Positions 10,389 through 19,778 of a DNA stretch of 64,000 nucleotides are shown piece by piece; position 1 is the first letter of the stretch, and each line of letters starts with the position of its first letter. Both the position numbers and the translations under genes were made by a program. Below the pieces are notes generated by a model. The model did no database searches. It had not been told where the DNA came from and was given only the letters and a program-made list of their open reading frames with translations. Origin of the DNA: Verrucomicrobiales bacterium (GTDB lineage: Bacteria > Verrucomicrobiota > Verrucomicrobiia > Limisphaerales > JAYPXF01); the NCBI GenBank assembly GCA_038154405.1, contig JAYPXF010000001.1, forward strand, positions 22,772 through 86,771, read 5' to 3'.

Positions 10389-11068
10389 TCAATCTTGCAG
10401 GACGGCGGTGCTGTTCGGAGGTCTTCCACTTCCTTGTCGTTCAAGCTGGTGCAATCGGAGAGTTCCACCTGCTCGAGGGATTTTCAACTTATAGAGCGGA
10501 CTCAGGTCAGTCACTTCGTAGGTGGCGTGGAGCTCGAGTTCCTTCAACTGGGGCAGTTTCGACAAGGGACTGAGGCCGGCGATATCGCGTCGCTGATACT
10601 CAGGCGCTCGAGTTTGGTCAGTGACGCCAGTGGCGAGATGTCGGTCTGGTCGTCGCTTTGTATGGCCAGTTGCTTGAGTCCTGTGAGCGTGGAGAGCGGG
10701 CTCCAATCATCAATTGGCCCTTGGATGTGCAGGGACTGCAAGTTCCTCAGGTTGGACAGGAATCCGAGCTGGGTGACGCCTTCGCCGGTGAGTTCCCGCT
10801 GACGCAGATTGCCGAGTTGACCGATGGGTGCGAGTTCGACTTCGCGGACACTGTAGATGGTCAGGGAGTGCAGTTGCGCGAATTTTGCCAAGGGCGAAAC
10901 ATCAGTGATGGCAATGGCATTGAGATGGAGTGACTCCAGGCGATAGAGTTTGGCGATCTCGTCCGGGATTTCGGTTGGTTCCCATTCGATGTCGCCGATG
11001 CGCAGTTCGGTATCGCCGTGTATGCGGGCCGTCTTGATGGCGGCCACCGCTTTCTTGTCTTTGGCCAT
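10389..11068 (-). pseudogene. leucine-rich repeat (LRR) protein interrupted by a frameshift near 10586-10590
   Basis: ORF 10544..11068 (LRR units such as LESLHLNAIAITDVSPLAKFAQLHSLTI and LQSLHIQGPIDDWSPLSTLTGLKQL) ends ...LERLSISDAISPASVPCRNCPS*. The LRR pattern continues in another frame (ORF 10389..10706: RDIAGLSPLSKLPQLKELELHATYEVTDLSPLYKLK). One missing nucleotide around GACGCGAT would join them. Confidence 0.6.
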
Positions 11069-11152
11069 GGTGTCTCGGGATGGTTCTCGGCGAGCAACAA
11101 ATTTGCTTGTCGGATGCTCTGAATCGCCGTTGCCTTCGTATTCAAAAGCAAC

Positions 11153-11818
11153 ATGAAGAACACACCGTACAATCTTTTTGTCACCAAGCTTCTCTTCGCC
11201 GGCATCGCCTTGGGCAACGTTCAGGCCGGAGAAAAAGGCGGATGGAAATCGCTCTTCAACGGCAAGGACCTCAAGGGCTGGGAAATCCGGAGTGGCGAGG
11301 CGACCTACAGGGTCGAGGACGGTGCCATCGTCGGCACGACCAAGAAGGGCAGTCCGAACACGTTCCTATGCACGAAGAAGAAATATGGCGACTTTGAGCT
11401 GGAATTCGAAGTGAACTGCGACAAGGGACTGAACTCCGGCTGCCAGATTCGTTCGACGCTGAAGGGCGACAAGTTTGGCGGTCGCGTGAATGGTCCGCAG
11501 GTGGAAATCGAACACAGCGGAGCCAAGGGCGCCGAGTCTGGCTACATCTACGGCGAGGCCGCCGGTGGTTGGCGCACACCGAAGGAAGACCGCACGCCGC
11601 ACAGGCACTACAAGGACGGCGAATGGAATCACTATCGCATCGTCGCCAAAGGTCCCGTGATCGAGACCTGGATCAATGGCAACAAGGTCACCAAGCTCGT
11701 CGACGAAGAGATCTTCAAAACGCATCCAAAAGGCCTCATCGGTTTGCAGGTTCACGGTGTCGGCGATCGCGGTCCCTTCCAGGTGCGCTGGCGCAAGTTG
11801 CGGATCAAGGAACTCTGA
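11153..11818 (+). CDS. DUF1080 (3-keto-disaccharide hydrolase-like) domain protein, secreted
   Basis: Signal peptide, then hallmark GWKSLFNGKDLKGWE...GAIVGTT...NTFLCTKKKYGDFELEFE...GLIGLQVHG...VRWRKLRIKEL. Confidence 0.85.
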   Translation: MKNTPYNLFVTKLLFAGIALGNVQAGEKGGWKSLFNGKDLKGWEIRSGEATYRVEDGAIVGTTKKGSPNTFLCTKKKYGDFELEFEVNCDKGLNSGCQIRSTLKGDKFGGRVNGPQVEIEHSGAKGAESGYIYGEAAGGWRTPKEDRTPHRHYKDGEWNHYRIVAKGPVIETWINGNKVTKLVDEEIFKTHPKGLIGLQVHGVGDRGPFQVRWRKLRIKEL

Positions 11819-12066
11819 TTGGGGAGACCGGAAATCTACGAGGTAGGATGGGCGGGAACAAACGGTCTGCTGAACGGCGGGGCTGATTTGCTGCACCAGT
11901 ATCTTAGCGGCGACTTCCAAGTCACCGAGAAGGCGTATCCTATAAATGTTTCCCCCTTGCCCCGGCGATTTGGAGATTACCGCTACGATCGGGCTTGGCG
12001 GCCAACGCTGATGACATCGGATCCCGTTGATTGTGTTGGAGCAGTCGTTCGGCAATCATCACGGGC

Positions 12067-15015
12067 ATGAAATTGTTTGGCCTGTTGCCCGCTGTTTTCG
12101 GTTGCCTGGTCTGCTGTAGCGCCGCGCCGATACCGCGTCCGTTGGAGCTGGTGCCGAATCCGCCCGCCGTGCAGATGCTGGTGCCGGGTTTCGAGGTCGA
12201 GGAGTTGCCGGTACAATTGCGCAACATCAACAACCTGGTGTTTGCTCCGGACGGACGGTTGTTTGCGCTCGGCTATGACGGTTACGTCTACCAGTTGCAC
12301 GATCGCGATGGCGACGGACTGGAGGATAAGGCCACCCTGTTTCACGATGACCGGGACAACCGGATTCCCGAGAGCATCGGCATGACCTGGGGACCGGGGC
12401 GGAATGGCGAAGGCGAAGGACTCTACATCGCCAGCCGCGGTCGCGTTTTCTTCCTGCGCGATAAGGGGAATGGCACGGGCGAACTGGTGACGGCGACCAC
12501 CGGTTGGGATCCACCGACGTTAAAGGGCGGATCGAGTCTCGATGCGGTCGGGATTGCGGTGGACCAGGCCGGAGACATCTTCTTTTCGATCAGTGTGGAT
12601 GCGTGGCGCGAACCGTATCGCATCAACAGGGTAACCGGCAAATCGGACTACAACCAGTTCAGCGAACGGGGAACGATCATCAGGCTGTCGTCGAACTGGG
12701 TCCAGCGGGAGATCGTCAGCACCGGGTTGCGGTTTCCCGTGTCGCTGGCCTTCAATTCTGCCGGCGATCTTTTCTGTAGTGAACAGGAAGGCGCGACCTG
12801 GTTACCGAACGGAAATCCTTTCGATGAACTGCTGCACATTCAAAAGAGCCGGCACTATGGATTTCCGCCACGCCATCCGAGATATCTGCCCGGGGTGATT
12901 GATGAACCGAGCGTCTTCGACTACGCACCGCAACATCAGTCGACCTGTGGCCTGCACTTCAACGAGCCGGTCGCTGGCGGAAAGATGACCTTTGGCCCGC
13001 AGTGGTGGCGCGGTGACGCGATCGTGGCCGGTGAATCCCGCGGAAAAATCTATCGAACCAAGCTGGTGAAGACTCCGGTCGGATACGTCGCGCAGAATTC
13101 ACTCATCGCCTGTCTGAACATGCTGACCATTGATGCCGTTCCGACACCGGATGGAGATCTCATCGTGGCCTGTCACAGCGGCAAGCCTGATTGGGGCACG
13201 GGTCCGAAGGGGCAAGGCAAACTGTTTCGGATTCGGTATCGCGACGAAGCCGCACCACAACCGACACTGGCGTATGCCGCCAGTCCGACTGAGACCCGTA
13301 TTGTCTTTGATCGTCCGTTGCAACCAAAGCAGGTGAGCCATTTGACCCGCCGGAGTGATATCGACATGGGCCTCCATGTGGCCGCCGGAGATCGCTTCGA
13401 AGGACTGAGGCCCGGTTATCAGGTCGTGAAGGATCAGATGCAGATCGCCCGCTATCAGCTGCCGGTATTGTCGACCGCCCTTTCTTCGGACCGGCGGGAG
13501 ATCGCGTTGCATACGGAACGAAAAACGGTCGACTCCAACTATGCGGCGGCCATTCGGAAAGGCGGCGGTCTCCCGGACATGGATGTCCTTTCCGATCTGA
13601 ACGGAGTGGAGGTTCACATCGGGACGGAGCGCCATTGGCTGCCGCACGCGGACCTGAACGTGGCGCGTGAACTGACCAAGGCCAGCGAATCGCACCGCCG
13701 CTTGTTCCGGAATGCAGCCAAGCGAGGAATGGCTCTCAAGATGCAACTGGATCTGCATCTGATGCTGCGTCCGGCGATTCAACCAGGATCGAAACTCGAC
13801 TACGATTACCCACCGGAGCACGTGACTGTCGTGCTCGAATCGGACAAGCGACTCGAAGTGAAGTCCAGTGTGGTGACTCGCGGCGAGGGCAACACCGTCC
13901 GTCTCGCGGTCACTCCATCAGTCGAACAATGGTTGCCGCTGGAAGTGAAGCTGGCAGCGGGGGCGGATTTGAAAGTGCACTGGTTCACGGCCGAGGATGT
14001 GCGTCCACGTGCCTTCCCCCTGCGTCGCTTCAAACTTCCCTGGGTACGGCCCGCGGCTGAACAGTTGCCCGCATCGGAACGGCAGATTCCTGAAATCGCC
14101 GGTGGCGATTGGGCAAGGGGCAGGAAACTGTTCTTCAGTGAAACGTTTGCCTGCGGCAAGTGTCATCAGGTCGATGGACAAGGGGGCGTAATCGGAGCGG
14201 ATCTGTCCAACCTCGTTCACCGCGATTATGAATCTGTCCTGCGGGACATCATGCAGCCGAGCGGGGCGATAAATCCCGATCACATTTCGTACAACATCGA
14301 ATTGAAGGATGGCGATTCCGTATCCGGCGTCATTGTATCAGAGAATGAAGCAACGATCGGTGTCGCCCAGGCGAACGGAAACGTGATTCAGGTGAAACGC
14401 TTGACGATCAGTTCGCAAGTGGCCTCGAGTCTTTCACTGATGCCGGAGGGATTGCTCAAGACAGCGAGTCAGAAAGATGTTCGAGACCTGATGACCTACC
14501 TGTTGTCGAAGCCGACTGCGGCCAAGCCGGATTCCCGAGTGCCTCAATTGACACCGGCAGAGATTCTTGTCCTGCTCGGCGCCAAAGGCCGGAAAGCAGG
14601 AACGCCCAAGGAGCTCGCGGCGTACCAGCAGCACTTCGATCGCTCCGATTTGAATGGGGACGGCCGACTTTCTCGCGAGGAGTTTGTTGAAAAGGGTTTC
14701 TATCTCAACGCCCAGAGCCGGGAGGGAATCTTCCGCGCATCCGACACCGATCGTAACGACGTCGTGACTCGCGTTGAGTACGTCGAGAACCGGCGAATCA
14801 CAGATGAGGCCAAGTCCATCATGGCCGGCATGGACGAGAACCGGGATGGTCGGATCACCCGCTACGAATTCATGAAGATGTCTGGAGTCTTCGATCAGTC
14901 CTTCGCGGTCGAGATCTTTGAGCGATTGGATGGCAATTCAGATGGCGAGACGTTCACACCGGAGTATCTCCGCGTCTGGGGAGGTTGGGCGCGTTGGAAA
15001 CCCGCCGCTCCGTAG
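12067..15015 (+). CDS. PVC-type membrane-bound dehydrogenase-like beta-propeller fused to a cytochrome c domain and C-terminal EF-hand pair(s)
   Basis: ORF 12031..15015 trimmed to ATG 12067 (MKLFGLLPAVFGCLVCCSAAP). Propeller-like N-terminal half. Heme motif FACGKCHQVDGQGG (CxxCH). EF-hand loops DLNGDGRLSREEF, DENRDGRITRYEF and DGNSDGETFTPEY. Confidence 0.8.
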   Translation: MKLFGLLPAVFGCLVCCSAAPIPRPLELVPNPPAVQMLVPGFEVEELPVQLRNINNLVFAPDGRLFALGYDGYVYQLHDRDGDGLEDKATLFHDDRDNRIPESIGMTWGPGRNGEGEGLYIASRGRVFFLRDKGNGTGELVTATTGWDPPTLKGGSSLDAVGIAVDQAGDIFFSISVDAWREPYRINRVTGKSDYNQFSERGTIIRLSSNWVQREIVSTGLRFPVSLAFNSAGDLFCSEQEGATWLPNGNPFDELLHIQKSRHYGFPPRHPRYLPGVIDEPSVFDYAPQHQSTCGLHFNEPVAGGKMTFGPQWWRGDAIVAGESRGKIYRTKLVKTPVGYVAQNSLIACLNMLTIDAVPTPDGDLIVACHSGKPDWGTGPKGQGKLFRIRYRDEAAPQPTLAYAASPTETRIVFDRPLQPKQVSHLTRRSDIDMGLHVAAGDRFEGLRPGYQVVKDQMQIARYQLPVLSTALSSDRREIALHTERKTVDSNYAAAIRKGGGLPDMDVLSDLNGVEVHIGTERHWLPHADLNVARELTKASESHRRLFRNAAKRGMALKMQLDLHLMLRPAIQPGSKLDYDYPPEHVTVVLESDKRLEVKSSVVTRGEGNTVRLAVTPSVEQWLPLEVKLAAGADLKVHWFTAEDVRPRAFPLRRFKLPWVRPAAEQLPASERQIPEIAGGDWARGRKLFFSETFACGKCHQVDGQGGVIGADLSNLVHRDYESVLRDIMQPSGAINPDHISYNIELKDGDSVSGVIVSENEATIGVAQANGNVIQVKRLTISSQVASSLSLMPEGLLKTASQKDVRDLMTYLLSKPTAAKPDSRVPQLTPAEILVLLGAKGRKAGTPKELAAYQQHFDRSDLNGDGRLSREEFVEKGFYLNAQSREGIFRASDTDRNDVVTRVEYVENRRITDEAKSIMAGMDENRDGRITRYEFMKMSGVFDQSFAVEIFERLDGNSDGETFTPEYLRVWGGWARWKPAAP

Positions 15016-15076
15016 CGGAGTTTGCAGAAGAAAAATTCCGACGCCCGAGAACGGAAGATTTCGCATCTTGCGCTAC
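15012..15076. repeat. bipartite palindromic intergenic element (copy 1) spanning the gap between two convergent stop codons
   Basis: The left arm GTAGCGGAGTTTGCAGAAGAAAAATTCCGAC contains the TAG stop of the + gene (15013-15015). The right arm CGGAAGATTTCGCATCTTGCGCTAC (15052-15076) contains the TAG stop of the minus gene (complement of 15073-15075). Both arms recur at 28908-28996. Confidence 0.5.
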
Positions 15077-16230
15077 ACCTTCAGGAAGATCTTTTTGCGG
15101 TAACAGAGGTAGAGCATGGCCCACTTGGACATGACGAGGCCGATCGCGATCAGCACCGGTTTGAAGTCACCGGTCAATGAGACAGGTCCGTCCAACAATC
15201 CATGCGTCAGGCGATAGAAATCGATGAACTTGGGCGCCATGTAGATGAGGATCGAATTCGCTCCGATCACCACGAAGAAGAAGGTCCACTTGCGGAACTT
15301 CCACACATCGATCACGAGGTGGAACAGACTCAGCGACAGCAGACTCAAGCCCGCGCAGTGCAACACGAACGAACTGCTCCAGAGATTCTTGTTGATCGGG
15401 AAATCGAGGTTCCAAAGCTGTGCCAAGACTAAGGATCCGACACCGGTCGCCGCCATGATTCCGGATTTGCGCATGCCGCCGATCGAACTGCAGCGCAGCA
15501 GTTCGCCGGCGAGCCCACCGATCAACGCGGTGGCGATGGCGGGAAGCGTGGCAAACAGGCCTTCGGGATCACGAACGTCCTTGTAGAGCTTGCCCGGCAT
15601 AAGGTTCTGGTCGATCCAATCGGTGAACGTATGTCCCGGCGATAGGTCGCCCGCTCCATAGCCGGGAACGGGGATGAAACGAAGGGCGATCCAATAGCCT
15701 ACCAGGATCCCGACGATCCACCACAGCCGAGCCCGCCATTGGGTGTTCAGGACGATGATGGCGGCGAACATGTAGGCCAAACCAATCCGCCCGAGCACGC
15801 TGCAGTAGCGCATGTTCGCCCACTTGTCCGGATCACTCCAATCGAACTTGAGCAGGCCGTTGTAGATCGCTCCTAAGAGCACCAGCAAGAGACCTCTTTT
15901 GATCACGTGCCTCAGGATCTTCGAGTTGCTGTCACCTCGAGTCTGACGATTGGCAATGGCGATCGGCGTCGAAACGCCGGCGATGAAAAGGAACAGCGGA
16001 AAGATCAGATCCCACAAGGCAAAGCCGTGCCATTCCGGATGCACCATCTGGTTGTCGAGAATCCACTGCAGCCATTCCCACGAGGTGAAGGCAGCGAGCG
16101 CCGCCACCAGCGTCTTGCCGCCCATGATCCAGAACATGTCGAAGCCGCGGAGCGCATCGACGCTGACAAGGCGTTCTGCGGGTTGCTTGACTTCGTCGGT
16201 GAGCTTGTCGTTCGTCTGATCGTCCCTCAT
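15073..16230 (-). CDS. heparan-alpha-glucosaminide N-acetyltransferase (HGSNAT)-like / DUF5009 polytopic membrane acyltransferase
   Basis: 385 aa, multi-TM. The N-terminal motif RLVSVDALRGFDMFWIMGG resembles the conserved start of the HGSNAT/COG4299 family. Confidence 0.75.
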   Translation of the reverse strand: MRDDQTNDKLTDEVKQPAERLVSVDALRGFDMFWIMGGKTLVAALAAFTSWEWLQWILDNQMVHPEWHGFALWDLIFPLFLFIAGVSTPIAIANRQTRGDSNSKILRHVIKRGLLLVLLGAIYNGLLKFDWSDPDKWANMRYCSVLGRIGLAYMFAAIIVLNTQWRARLWWIVGILVGYWIALRFIPVPGYGAGDLSPGHTFTDWIDQNLMPGKLYKDVRDPEGLFATLPAIATALIGGLAGELLRCSSIGGMRKSGIMAATGVGSLVLAQLWNLDFPINKNLWSSSFVLHCAGLSLLSLSLFHLVIDVWKFRKWTFFFVVIGANSILIYMAPKFIDFYRLTHGLLDGPVSLTGDFKPVLIAIGLVMSKWAMLYLCYRKKIFLKV

Positions 16231-16351
16231 TGGCGGCTGCGGTGTATGGAAGAGCCGAATCTACGGTTGGCCCACTCGGATTCAAGAACACAAGGTCTGA
16301 GAGTTGAATTACTTCGCCTTCAACCGTCGCGCGGTGCGAGTCTTCGCGGCG

Positions 16352-16786
16352 ATGAAGACGAAGAAGATTCGACTCATCTATCTGGCCATCACCCCCTTGG
16401 TGGTGGTTTTGGGTCTGTCGTCGCGAAAGTTCGACGAATCCCTGCCTGCGTTCATCGCCGACTACGCCGGCGACACGCTCTGGGCGTTGATGGTGTTTCT
16501 GGGGATCAGTTTTCTTCTCCCGGATCTGCCGGTGATGAAGCGGGGAGGCTTCGCCCTGGCCTTTTCCTATTTCATCGAGGTGAGTCAGTTGTATCACGCG
16601 CCATGGATCGATGCATTGCGGGAGACCACTCTGGGCGGACTAATCCTGGGCTTTGGTTTTCTTTGGACGGACCTGATCTGTTACACGGTCGGCATCGCTT
16701 TCGGGGCGATGGCGGATCTGCAAATGCGGAAGCCCGACTCGATGTCCGAACCAACCGGGCAGGGCGATCGGAAGACATCCGAATGA
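16352..16786 (+). CDS. DUF2809 family membrane protein
   Basis: ORF 16304 (TTG)..16786; ATG 16352 is preferred (MKTKKIRLIYLAITPLVVVLG). Family-typical blocks YAGDTLWALMVFLG and EVSQLYHAPWIDALRETTLGGLILGFGFLWTDLICYTVG. Confidence 0.7.
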   Translation: MKTKKIRLIYLAITPLVVVLGLSSRKFDESLPAFIADYAGDTLWALMVFLGISFLLPDLPVMKRGGFALAFSYFIEVSQLYHAPWIDALRETTLGGLILGFGFLWTDLICYTVGIAFGAMADLQMRKPDSMSEPTGQGDRKTSE

Positions 16787-16787
16787 T

Positions 16788-19517
16788 TCAGCGAACCTCC
16801 ATCAGGGAGATGTCGTCGATCAGCACTTCGCTGTTGCTCGGTGGCTGGGGGTGAATGGTGATGGAGCGGAGGTTGTTTCTGGGCGTCAGTGAGACGGATT
16901 GGGATCCGCGTATCTCGCCTCCCGCGATGGTCATGGTCGCGCTGTAGGTCTGGGCGCGGCGATTTGCGAGGAGGCGGAGTTCGGTCCATTGATTGGCGGG
17001 AACGCTCAGACCGATGTCCGCCCATCGATCGGTGGACATGTCGCGGAGGCGGACGTTGCCGTGTTCGTTGATGCTGACCGCCAGCTCCTCCTGAAACGCG
17101 CCGTTGTAACCGCGCAGTTGGATGACGGTCGCGGATTGCAGGTTGAGGCGCATGAGCCGGAAACGGAGTTCGTAGTCGGCCTGATCATCAACGGGCGGAA
17201 CGGCCTGGCCGGTGAAGGATTGACCGCCGCGGCGCAACCAAAGGGCCTGACCTGATCCCGAAGGAACGGTGCGAATATGCGGTCCCCCATCGAGCAAGGC
17301 TCCCCAGCGACCGGTCACCCGATTCACATCACCGACCATGCCACGCTTGTCGGGTATCCATTCGGTTCTGTCTTCGAAATCCTGTGTCAACCGTGGTACG
17401 ACCGGTTGTTTGAGGAATAGAGGACGCTGTCTCATTGCTTCTGTGTTCTGGCGTTCGGTGACCTCTGAATAAGTCCCGGGGCTTTGTCGGATGTAGAGAC
17501 TCTTCCAGGCGTTGATGGCCAACTGACGGTCAGCGTCCTGATCGATGAATCTCTGCAGTATGGTTTCCCCTTCCGCACCGAATGCGAGCAGGGCGTTGCC
17601 CACGGGGCGGAAAGCCCATTCGGAGTCAACGTTCGTGTAACCATCCCCCAAGTGCTCGAAACGATCGCGCAGGACGTTGCGGATCTGTTCCTTCAGGTCT
17701 GCGACCGACGCATCATTGCGGGTGATCGCTTCGCCCAAGGCGACACAGGCTTCATTGATCATCACGGGATCGGAATGTTCTGTGATTCGCAAGAGTTCCG
17801 AGATTGCGTCTTCCTTGCGATGCAATCGGCCAAGTCCCCTCACCGCAGCAACCCGGGTAAAACGGTCGGTGTCAGAGAGGGCCTGTTTCCATACGGGAAG
17901 CAGAGAAGCATCGGGCATGAAGATCAATGCGCGCATGGCCATTTGTTTCACCTTGGCGGATTTACTTTTCAGATATGCCTGTGCCAATTCCGCGCGTGGC
18001 AGGGGACGAATCCGCGGCAAGGTGACCCGCATGATCTCGGCGAGCATGTGGTTTCCATGTTGCTCGATGGATTCGAGAATGCGGGTGGCGGACTGGGGAC
18101 CATGGGCTTCCCGCAAGGCGACCCCGGCCATGCAACGAATGCTGTTCTCCGGATCGAACAGCGCGGCTTCAATCGCCTTCACGGCGTCCGCGCCGCCGAT
18201 CTTGCCGAGCGACTGAAGTGCCAGACGGCGTACGATCAGATGGGGATGCCGGACCAAGGGGAGGACTGCGGCAGTCTCCGCCTTCGAATGACCGTGAATG
18301 ATCTGCGACAAGGCCTTCATCACCAGCAGCGGATCGTTGCTGCCGAGACTGCTCATCGGTTGTTCGGGCACGTAGCTGCGATCGAGATACATGGCGTCCT
18401 CGCCGTAAGCGATGACGGTCGGAACGCCTTCCTCTTGAAACGGTTTCCAATGAGTCGCCTTGGGACCCGAGGTGAGAATGCCGACATTGGCAGACGTGTT
18501 TCGGGTCAGCCAACGCATGTTCTTCACCGCGCGCAGCTGCACGTCGCGATTGGCGTAACCGTAGACGAGAAAGTCATCGACCAGGCCGGTCCGCACCCAG
18601 TTCTCGACGTCGAAATACATGCTACCGGCGGTCTGGAGGATCTCGGGAACATTCCATGGCTGTGGATGGCGCGGCTCCCAAGGCTGAAGGAAGAAGCCGA
18701 GGCCCTGCTTGTCCTTGTCCAGCTCCACCTTGAGTTCCTTGAGAAATTCGGTGACGTATTCACCGCGCAAGGCCAACCAGTCATGACGTGAGGCAAAACG
18801 GGTCCAGTCCTGGTAGCGGATGTCGATGCCGTGACGTCGCTTGAATTCCTTCACGATCGGTTCATTGAAACCGAACTCGTCCTGAAATCGCATGGAATGA
18901 TTCTCGGCATAGGTGAGAAAGGTCATTCCGTCGTAGCCGTCCTGCTTCATGAACTTCATGTGCAGATCGACCAGTGCTCGACGGGCTTCCGGGTAGGCAA
19001 GCTCGATGGGTCCCCCCTGTTTCAACAGACCCGATCGATCAACCGGCACCCATTCGGGATGGCCAATCCGCAAGCCGCTTTCCGAATTGAACGGATAGTT
19101 TTTGAACGGCGGGACCTCACCACCTCCGCCCCAGTCGAAGAGATTGGCGACGCCCCAGATCTCCATGCCCCGCTTGCGGGCGGCCTGAACCGCAAGACGA
19201 TCGGGATGCACGTCGCGATAGAGGTGACGCAGCCACTTCCAGAATTCGTAGTAGCGGACGCTTTCCGGACGTTCGCGATGCTTGTCCACCCAGGTGGCCG
19301 CTTCGAGGCCGCGCCAATAGACGCGCTTCACTCCGAGGCGATGCAACAGGTCGAAGCTGGCGTCGATGCTCGCTGGAGAATCGATCGGCAATGATTGACC
19401 GAGCCATTGGTTGTCGCCCGTGCTGATGTAGCAATGCAGCAACGGGCGTTCGTCGGTCGCGGCGGATACACCCGTGGAAATGGTGAAGAACAGAATGGTC
19501 AATGTTCGAATGCTCAT
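16788..19517 (-). CDS. secreted 909-aa protein: N-terminal glycoside-hydrolase-like TIM-barrel region, central HEAT repeats, C-terminal lectin/LamG-like region (function unknown)
   Basis: Signal peptide MSIRTLTILFFTISTGVSAA. HEAT-like repeats (LVRHPHLIVRRLALQSLGKIGGADAVKAIEAALFDPENSIRCMAGVALREA; DRFTRVAAVRGLGRL). Long clean ORF. Confidence 0.7.
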   Translation of the reverse strand: MSIRTLTILFFTISTGVSAATDERPLLHCYISTGDNQWLGQSLPIDSPASIDASFDLLHRLGVKRVYWRGLEAATWVDKHRERPESVRYYEFWKWLRHLYRDVHPDRLAVQAARKRGMEIWGVANLFDWGGGGEVPPFKNYPFNSESGLRIGHPEWVPVDRSGLLKQGGPIELAYPEARRALVDLHMKFMKQDGYDGMTFLTYAENHSMRFQDEFGFNEPIVKEFKRRHGIDIRYQDWTRFASRHDWLALRGEYVTEFLKELKVELDKDKQGLGFFLQPWEPRHPQPWNVPEILQTAGSMYFDVENWVRTGLVDDFLVYGYANRDVQLRAVKNMRWLTRNTSANVGILTSGPKATHWKPFQEEGVPTVIAYGEDAMYLDRSYVPEQPMSSLGSNDPLLVMKALSQIIHGHSKAETAAVLPLVRHPHLIVRRLALQSLGKIGGADAVKAIEAALFDPENSIRCMAGVALREAHGPQSATRILESIEQHGNHMLAEIMRVTLPRIRPLPRAELAQAYLKSKSAKVKQMAMRALIFMPDASLLPVWKQALSDTDRFTRVAAVRGLGRLHRKEDAISELLRITEHSDPVMINEACVALGEAITRNDASVADLKEQIRNVLRDRFEHLGDGYTNVDSEWAFRPVGNALLAFGAEGETILQRFIDQDADRQLAINAWKSLYIRQSPGTYSEVTERQNTEAMRQRPLFLKQPVVPRLTQDFEDRTEWIPDKRGMVGDVNRVTGRWGALLDGGPHIRTVPSGSGQALWLRRGGQSFTGQAVPPVDDQADYELRFRLMRLNLQSATVIQLRGYNGAFQEELAVSINEHGNVRLRDMSTDRWADIGLSVPANQWTELRLLANRRAQTYSATMTIAGGEIRGSQSVSLTPRNNLRSITIHPQPPSNSEVLIDDISLMEVR

Positions 19518-19529
19518 GGGAGGAATCGA

Positions 19530-19778
19530 TCAATCGTCAGGTTCCACTGCCTTCGCGGGCAGGGATTCAATGGTATCCCGCATGCTTTGCGCCTCCGCCT
19601 CATCGATCACGCTCAGGGCGAAGCCGACGTGCATCAACACGTGATCGTCAGTCTTGGCTTCGTTGGTGAAGGCGAGGTTGATCTCCTTGACCACGCCGCC
19701 GAACTGCACGCGACCGGTTCGCATGAGCGGATCGTCGCCTTGGATCTCCAGCACTTTTCCCGGTATGGCGAGGCACAT
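19530..19778 (-). CDS. hypC: hydrogenase maturation chaperone HypC/HupF
   Basis: 82 aa starting MCLAIPGKVLEIQG... (invariant N-terminal Met-Cys). Found as an internal start in ORF 19530..20231; ATG confirmed at 19778-19776. Confidence 0.85.
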   Translation of the reverse strand: MCLAIPGKVLEIQGDDPLMRTGRVQFGGVVKEINLAFTNEAKTDDHVLMHVGFALSVIDEAEAQSMRDTIESLPAKAVEPDD

